Positions 1 to 9,000 of a stretch of 64,000 bases of DNA are shown here, in pieces (positions within the stretch are counted from its first letter, which is position 1; every line of letters begins with the position of its first letter). The stretch lies in assembly GCA_964450385.1 (NCBI GenBank), contig CAYVEC010000010.1:1722-65721 (forward strand), read 5' to 3'. The notes beneath the pieces were generated by a model, which worked only from the letters and a program-made list of their open reading frames with translations, made no database searches and had not been told where the DNA came from. Made by a program: the position numbers and the translations under genes. This DNA comes from an uncultured Planctomycetales bacterium (GTDB lineage Bacteria; Omnitrophota; Gorgyraeia; Zapsychrales; JANLHA01).

Positions 1-2
1 AT

Positions 3-3000
3 CCTGCGATGTTGGCCCAGGCGATGGGCCGTCGTACCGCTCAAGATGATATTGAGGACCTGAGCCGGGTCCTGCCTGAGACGCCGCGGGAGGACATCGC
101 CGGGTGTGTTCATGCGATGGATGAGCGTCTTGAGCGGATGGCCGCGCTGAGCGAGGATGACTTTAGAAGGGCGACGGTGATCGATCGATTCCGTTTTCGA
201 AAGACGGAGATCACACATTACCGCATTCCGTATAGCGGTCATGTGACGGCAATCGGATATGGCGATGGCGCTGAGCGGAGGCACACGCTGATCGATTCAG
301 GGATCGGGGTTTATTATGCGCAGATGAGGAGGCTTTTTGCTCGTGACGGGATATCCCCGGCGAACATCGAGCGGATCGTGGCCACGCATTTTGATATGGA
401 TCACAACTCGGCTGCGGGATATTTTCAGGAAGAGGCGAGGTCCACGGGTCGCGAGATACGGATCATCGCGCATCCGAGATGGCGCGAGGTCATCGATAAC
501 CGGCAGCCCCGGTCAGCGGAGAATCAGGCGATCTCCCGCTTGATGGTAAGGCTTTTTGGATATCAGGACCCGGCGTCCGTGGATGAGTTCCCTTCAGCGG
601 CAGGGTCCGTCGAGATCGGGCTCCTGCCTGCGAGGTGTCGCCTTCTGCAGCTCGGGCGTCAACCGATCGTGTGCGGGGATATTGCCTTTAGCGTCCTCGA
701 ATCTTCGACGCATACCGTGGACTATGTCCACCTTGTCGATGCCGTGAGCGGCCTTCATGTCTTTGGCGAGTGTATCCGCCATCCGGTTCAGACCGAGGAG
801 GACCGGTTGTTTTGTAAATGCATGGTGCGGCTTCACCGGGGTGGTGATGTCAATCTCGATGCGGGGCTGTTCAAAGCGCACAATCACGCGTTTAAAACCG
901 ATCCGGGGTTGACTCTGCATCTTTCCGGCCATGATGAGCCGATGATTGACGGTCTTGCCGATGAGGCTTTTTGCGATCGGTGGCAGAGGGTGCCGTCAGA
1001 TTCCGGGATGATCGCTGGAATGACCGGCCTTGTGTGTCCGCCGAGGTATCTTCATGAGACCCAGATCCAATATCCAAGCGGTGTTGCGCGGCTCCGGGTC
1101 GGGCAGCGGGGGTCCGTGATCCCGGAACAGATGGCGATCTATTGTAATTATGTGATCGTCCATGATATTGAGCATCGGTGCGCGGTGGTGATACATACGG
1201 ATATCCGCGCTGAAGGCGACGCCGCGAAGGCCTTGACGCTGGGATTGATGATGCTCGGGCTTGAGCCTCACACGCTTGCCGCGAACCAGCGCTTTCTTCG
1301 GACAGCGATTGCTCGGCCGACTGGCACGGCAACGACTCGGCATTGGTCTGTCGAGACCCAGCATGCGTTTGAGGCGGCGTTCACGATGTTAGAGTTCCCG
1401 AGGCCGGCGATTTCAGTTGATGCGGCCTGGGGAGGGATTTCGATCCGGTATCTTGAAGATACGGCTCTTCTGATCGGGCTGCTCGATTCAGAGACGGCAT
1501 CGGTTGTGCTGTCCGTCGACCCTGAGGGATATTATGGACCCCTTGAGCCGGGGCCTGACTCGGGATCGGACCCCGCGATGTTAACCGGTGCGGCCGAGGC
1601 GATCCTGCTTGAGCCCGAGCAGGGCGAACAGGTGAGGGACCAGGAGCGAGTCGGAGAAGACAAGGGCGGGATGACGTTCGGCCTTGAGATCGAGACCGTT
1701 GAGAGTGATGATGATTATAGTCAGGGGATGCTCGAGACGGTGACGGAACACGACTCGTTAGCGGATGAAGGGCGATATCATCCAGGGCTTCGTCTTGTGC
1801 CGGTTGATGGGCGGCTCGAGACATGGTTTAAAGAGTATCGGACGAGCCCTTCATGGAGCGTCTATGCTCAGGCAGTGACGTGGGCGGCTCTGCGCCGGAA
1901 CGGGCTCGCGCTGAAAGATATTATTTCGGTTCAGGTGAATGTTGGGATGCCGTTCGCGGATCTGCCGGATGAGATCGCGCATAGGATGCTTAGCGACGCG
2001 CGCAAGGCCATGTTTTTTATTGCCGCGGCTTTTGTGAGTGACGATCGGATCGAGACAAAAAAAACATGGAAGGTCGTGGAGAGGTCGCCAAAGCATTGCC
2101 GGTCAATCGGCGGCCGAGCGTTCGTTCGATATGAATATGGTTTTGCTGACGGGATCAATCTCTGCGCGATCCTCATGGCGGTCCAGAGTGCCCACGCGGT
2201 CCTTGGAGCTGTCCATCTTTCCGATCAGGGCCCGATCCGTGATCCCGCGCTCGCGTGTCGCTTCAAGGAGATCTATGCCGAGAGTCTGGCGCCGATCCTA
2301 TCTCGATTCTATTTGCCGTATCAATATAAGAACGCGAGCAGTTTTGAATTCTTGGTGCGGTGGCGGCCTCGTCATCAGCCGGAGATCGCGGATCTTCGCC
2401 GGTCGTTTTTCTTGATTATTCAGGCGGTGAATGAGGCCATGGGGACGCTCGTCCCTTGGGAACGGGTCCGGGCGCTCGATCCGGTCTCGGCATGGGATAC
2501 TGGTTCGTTGGATCAGTCTGTTACGGACATGAGCACAACTGCCGAATGGGTGCCTTCGAATTCTCTGGTGGCCGATCATGGGATGCTGACCCGGCGCGTC
2601 GTGGATCGTCGTATTGCGCGGGCATACGCGGCGGCACAGGGCCGGATCGAGACCGGAGATGAGTGCTCAGAGGCGGTTCAGTTGTCGCGGATCTTTTGGG
2701 GGCATTTTTTGAGGGTTATTCCGAGCGGGCCGGTCACCCGGATCGCGCGCCTCTTGGAACAGACCGAGATCTGTTTTTATATTGTTCCCGGACTGCCCGA
2801 TGCGGGGTATTGGAAGATTGGGCCCGGATCGAACGAAAGATATCGGCTTCAGATCTTTGTTCGTGAGGGGACAAACAAAATGATCGTCGTTGTCCATGAG
2901 ATCGCGGCAGGGATGAGCGCCTTGGCCGGGACGCCGTTTGATCATCGGACGAATAAAGAGATCGGGGAACATTGTTTGAATTGGTTGACATCTGGAGAGA

Positions 3001-6000
3001 TCGATTCGCATCGGTATACCGACCATGCGAGCGGACAGATCCTCGGGACCACGGCGGGATCCGTCGACCTGTCAGCGGAGCAGGTGCGGAGCGAGAGGGC
3101 AGCGGTGGGCGTTTTTTCTAAAATACGGATCGCGTCAGCCGATGTCTCGCCGCTTCAGAGGATGCTCGCCGATGCGGTCGCACGGGCCGTGGTGTGTGAG
3201 GTGCCGGGTCAGGGGACGTTGATTGACGCGAAGGCCGCGGTCAGAACGCGCTATGAGCGCGAGGCTCTTGTCTGTGCCTTGTCGGCGATCGAACAGAGGG
3301 TTTTTTATAACAGCGCCACGATCCGTTACGATTATGTGGTGAGCGGGTTGTGGCGGCAGGCCTTGAATGAAGAGGGCCCGCGGGAGAGAAGCGTTTATCT
3401 CCTCGTGAGCGCTCGAGGGGCGGTGTGCGGGGCGCTTCAGGGATTCATGACCCGCAGTGGGTCGGCGGTCTTGGAAAAATTATTTGTTGAGCCGCAGGGG
3501 AGGAGGACGGGGCAGTTCCTGTTCCGGTGGTATATCACGGAATTGATCCGGCGGGGGGTGCGCCAGCTTATTTTCCATGCCGATGAGAAGATCGATGCGC
3601 GTTCGACACGGCGCGTGCAGGCTTTTTATGAGCGAGAGCTCACGGCCTTAATGGGAGAGGGTGTCATTGCTCGTTGGAGCCCGCCGCTCCCGGAAGACAG
3701 CTGGTACCGGGTTCAATTCCTTGATGATGGACGCGGTCACGATCACGGAATGATGACGGAGGCAGCGTCTTTCTCTTCCTTTGGTCAAGCGACGCGTTCA
3801 GACTGTTATGACAGAGCTGATACGGCGATGTTGGCCTGGCGTCAGCCGGTCGATCTCGCGTCCGGGTCTCCCACGGGGGATTTTTTACGTCGCGTGATTA
3901 AGGACACGGGCCTAACGAAACGCTTGAGCAGAGCGAGATTAAAACATCTTCAGCGCGCGGCGGATTGTATGGACGCGCTTTTGGCCGGCGATCCCGAGAG
4001 ATTTTTAAATGGGAAGGCGCCTCGAAGGACGCGCCTTGAAACGATCGGAGCATCTGACGTTTTGCCGCTCATCACGGCTGTGCGCGGGTTGACAGTGTTT
4101 GGAAAAATGAGCGCGGTCATTGCCGTGGTCCTCCATGATGTGGGATGGGTTCAGAACGGCGTCCCTCATGCTGACGCGGGTGAGGGCGTTGCCGCGGCAC
4201 TCCTTCAACAATGCCTCAGGCCTATTCGCGAGGCTGTGCCGAAGATCGTTTTGGCGCATTCAGATCTGCTGGATTTTTTGAAGGGGCGGCCGATGGTCGA
4301 CGGCCATAATATGTTCATCTCGGACCGGGAGGACCTGATCTCTCCCTGGGTTGACGGCCTCATCGCGCAGGGTTCACTCAAAGAAGAATTGACGGTCCGG
4401 TTCTTGAAAGATATTAAGACGGTGTTGGTGTTGGTTCAGGTGATTGATATGTATTCATCGGAGAGCCGTCTTCTGGCGCCGGATGACGCGCCGGATCATC
4501 TTGCCGCGGCCGATGATGTCTGCCGCCTGCGGGACATCCGTCAGATGGCTGATCGGATCTTTGATCCGGCTGTCGCGCGGCGTGAGCGTCCTGAACCAGC
4601 CGCCGAGCCGACAGTTAAGAATCTGCCGTCACCGCAACCGTCAAGGCCCATCGAGCCGCAGGCGCGGTGTGTGTTACCAACGGAGTTCGCACTTTCCGCC
4701 CCCCAGGGGATCGGCGAGGAGATGGTGGTGGCTCTTTCGCTCGACGGTCAGGGTCGGCTCAGATTTCCATCCGGGATAAAAGACGCATTCCCTAATGGCC
4801 TTCTTCTCGTCGCGTTTCATGAAGAGCAGAGGATCGCGCTGTATCGCCGTGACGAGATCGAGCATATTTTGAGCTCGGTCTTTTCAGAGGGGTGGTTCCT
4901 GAGCAGAGAGGGGCTGCTGGCCCTTGGTTCGATCGGGGCGGTGAGCCAGTATGTCGAGGCCCTTGATCGGCAGGGCCGGTTTACTATTCAGGATTCGATG
5001 GTGAGGGCGCTGAGGCCTCATGATTATGCGTTTGAGATCGTGCGGTATCGTGACCGCCTGTGGCTTCGTCCGGCGCGGGTTCTGACAGAGACCGTTTCGG
5101 ATAAGGGGATGATCGGGAACGAGCGGGTCGGGGAGGCGGTGCCTTATTTTGGGCGCCTTGGATCGCGGCTGCCATCACCGGACGGCGCGATCGATCTGCG
5201 GTTTTTATCTGTGGTATCCCGCTATATTAAGGAAGCCGCTTCCAGGCATGAGATGGTCTTGAACGCGGAGAATGAAAGCGCGGTGACCGCCGTGATCCCG
5301 GCGATGATACGGTTGATCGATATCTATGTTGGGGCGTTGCGGCAGCTGAACGTTTTCTACGAGGGGACATCCTTTTTTGAACGATACACGACGCAGGCCT
5401 TGGCCTTTCGGAATGAGCTGAATGAGTTGCGAGGGCGATTTGACCGCTCTATTTTTGATGGATTCTTAAAGGATGGGAGAAAGAATAAAGACGCTTGTTT
5501 TGTTTTGATTGGCGACATATCTACGGAGCTTCGCGGTATCGTTCAGAACCGGTCTGCGCAGCGTGTCCTGACCGAGCTGTATCGCGCGTTTTTAAAATAC
5601 GCGCTTCTCTTTGAGCATGCCCGGAGTATCTATGTCTCGGGTCTGCGGGACGGGATTATTGACAGCGAGATCGATCTCCTGGCTGCGTGGGAGGGAATAT
5701 GGTACAGCGCGGTCGAGAGGGTCGAGGGTCTTGGATATGAAAATCGTATCCATTATTCGATCGATGAGGAACATACAGCAGCGGATGTGAGGATACGACA
5801 TGCTCCCGTATCGACGATCGAGTTGATGATGCGGGAGCTTTGCAAAAACATCATCAATCATGCTCCAGGGAATCGGGGGATGATCCTGGAAGGCAAGGCC
5901 AGCTTGGCCATTGTGCGGGAAAGAGATCGGCTGCGGTTTTCTATAGCCAGTGATACGGCGCCCTTAAACGAAGGCGAGATCGCTCGCTGGATGGGCGTGG

Positions 6001-9000
6001 GGTATACCTCTCTTGCGAGTAAGGGTTCTTGGCCGCTTCCCGGGGGGTATGGACTTGGGTTGGTGAAAATTAAAGGGCTCGCTGAATTCCTGGGTGGAGA
6101 CTTCACAATCGTGAAAATCGGTGATCGTTCAGTCAGGTTCGACATTCTTCTGCCCAAGGATTGCCTGGCCGGGGCCACGAGCCGTTTGGCGCGCGATCCT
6201 GTGCCCGTCGTGTACGCGGAGGGAGCTCCAGCGTCTACCGATCAGGTCTCGGGTCGGGTCAGGGCCTTGGATTCGCAAAGAAATGCCGACCCGGCGATGG
6301 TAGGTCAGGCTGCCGAGGCTGCCGAGGGCGTTTCTGAAGGAGGCTGTGCGCGCGTTATCCTTCCTGATGGTCAAATAGCGGAGGTCTCATCTTTTTCGGA
6401 ACGGCTTTTTGCAGCGGCTGAACGGGTATGGCCCGGCGGAGGTCTCGGCGACTGTCTTGAGAAGATCGGTGGACGGGCGTACCGGGTGGTGCGCGGCAAG
6501 ACATATTGGATCCTCGGTGATTATATTTTTATTGATGAGACTGTCTGGCCGTCTGTCGCCGAGGCCTGGGCGGAATATCACGATGCCGTCATCGTGGCGC
6601 ATTTTCAGGCGCGCCAAGGTCAGACATTTCCGGATTTTCCCCATGGAGGCTATACACGCCAGGCGATCCTTCTTATGCAGGAACTTCGGGGGCTGTTCCC
6701 GGGTCGGGCCGTGTTGGATGCGGGCGCCGGGGACGGGGTCCTTAGCTTCCTCGCTTCGAGGCTCGGGGCGGCGCGTGTCGTCGGGATTGAATGCGTTACA
6801 GGCAAGGTCGATCGGGCACAGCGGCTTTTATCGTGGAATCGGGGAAGGATCGTATTTTTTCATAAGGACTTCCGTGATCTTCAGGATATTGCGTGCGAAA
6901 TGCCGATCGATGTGGTCGTTGCGAATTTGGGCGTAAACGGCATGAAAGAGACGTACAGCGGTGTGACCGCGAATTGGCATGATGAGATCGCGGCGCGGAT
7001 CCAGCCAGAGGTGTATTGCGCGTTTGGGTTGATGGGGCATGACGTCCGGGCTGTCGAGATGACGCAGAGACGGTTTGAACGTTCGGGATGGCGGCCGGTG
7101 ATGCGGCACGACAGCGTCATGACGGTCATGAATACGAGCGCCCTGATTTTTTCTTTCAGACAGGCTCCCGTGAGGCTGGAATGTTTAAAGAAGGATAATC
7201 CTGATCAAGGGATGCTGGCTCGCGGCTGCAGTGGGGGCCAAGATCTGCGGTTTGACCGGAGAGGTCCCTGGGTGGTCACAATCGATGGCCCGTCGGGGAC
7301 CGGCAAGGGCACAGCTGCTAAACATCTTGCCCGGCGTCTCGGATTCATGCATGTGGACCTCGGCATGTTTTATCGGGCCTTGACCCAGAAGGCCTTGCGC
7401 CGCGGCATCGATGTGAATGACGCGTCCGAGGTCCGCGCGTTGCTGTCTTCAACAAAGGTGTCGTTGAGCCTGAATCTTGGTGAGACGCGGGTGTTGTGTG
7501 ACGGCGAGGATGTGACGGAGCGGATCCGCACGCCTGAGGTGGATCGGGCGGTGCCTGATCTGGCGCGGCATGGCGAGGTCTCGGGGTTTGTCCTATCTGC
7601 GGCACGGGAGATCGGGAAGCATCATAATATCGTGATCGAAGGCCGGAATGCCGGGACAGATATTTTTCCCTCGGCCAGTGGAGGAAAATTTTATTTGGTG
7701 ACAGAGATCCATGAGCGGGCCCGACGCCGGTGGGAAGACTACCGTTGCGAGAGGCCGGGACTTTCCCTGGAGGCGGTTGAGCGTGATTTGATCGAGCGGG
7801 ATCGGAAAGATATGGAACGCGCGGTTGCGCCGCTCCGGCAGGCCCCGGACGCGGTCGTTATTGACAACACGCACCTCGAGTCTCGTGATGTCGTAGATAA
7901 GATGGAGGCCGTTGTCCGGGATATGATGTCTCGGAGACAGCAGGATTCGGCGATGGTCTCAGTTCCGACTCCTGAGCAGTATTCAAGTGATGACGCGATG
8001 AAGAGGATCGATCGTGCTCCCTACGACGGCGCGGAGACGGCGGATCTGGGGTATTGTTCTCTTCCCCTCGATGAGACGCTCATGCGGCTGTTGCCTTCCA
8101 TGACGTTGGGCCAAAGGATCTGCTGGATCCGTCTGGCGCGCGGGATGTATCAGAAAAAGGAGCTCCTCACCGTGGCAGGGATCAGGTCATCGACATACGC
8201 GTACATTGAAAGCCGGCCGGATCCTCCTGAGCCGAAACGGTTGCTCGCGATCGCGCGCGTCCTCAAGGTTGATCCGATCCTTATTCTTGCCGGAAAAGGG
8301 ATGGCTGCGGCGATGGCAGAACTGGATGACGCGACGGCGCTCAAAATGTTGCGGATTCGTCGGGGATGGACGCAGAAGGATCTGGGCGAGGCGCTGATGG
8401 CGGCGGGATTTCCTTTTACTGGGGAGAAACAGGAAAATGTCCGGACCGCGGTTCATTACTGGGAGGAAGGCGCGGTCCCCTCTAGTCGTGAGAAAAGGGA
8501 GATCATTCAACGAGTGCTCGGTTCGTGTGCAATATTTAAGGAGAAGACAGTGGCGGATCAGGCGGTGACGCCGATAACGGAACGCCTTGGCCCGGGTCAA
8601 GGCGATGAGCGGCTCATGATTCCGGCAGACCCGCGATGGAGCCGGTTTATTGATAGTCATCCCGAGGCGACGGATGAGGCGCTCGTCTTCGTGATGAACT
8701 TGTTGATCCGGCATCGGGCGCAAGGATTATCGATTGAGGATGTTCGTCGTCTCCGTTTGGGTCAGGGTCAGCGATCGGTGCGGAGCGAGGCCGAAGGGTT
8801 TTTAAGCCGGGCAGATTTTAAGGTGATGATCGATGGGGTCAGGGGAGCTCCGACACAGGAGGCGCGGCAGCGGGTCCAGACAGGGATCCGGCAGGCCTTG
8901 GGCTCATGGGAGGTTTATCTTCGCCGGAAGTCCGGGGAGATTGAAAAGGCCGAGGATGTTCTGAGCGCACCGGTTGCGTTCGATACCGTCGTTCAGCGAC

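Noticed and set aside
594-8723. Many 60-180-aa minus-strand and off-frame ORFs inside the giant ORF (for example 892..1332, 1381..1824, 2298..2579, 8187..8723)
   Set aside because: They are antisense or out-of-frame to a frame that is stop-free for 10.6 kb. Their composition is Arg/Pro/Ser-rich, typical of GC-driven spurious ORFs. They have no RBS or domain signatures.
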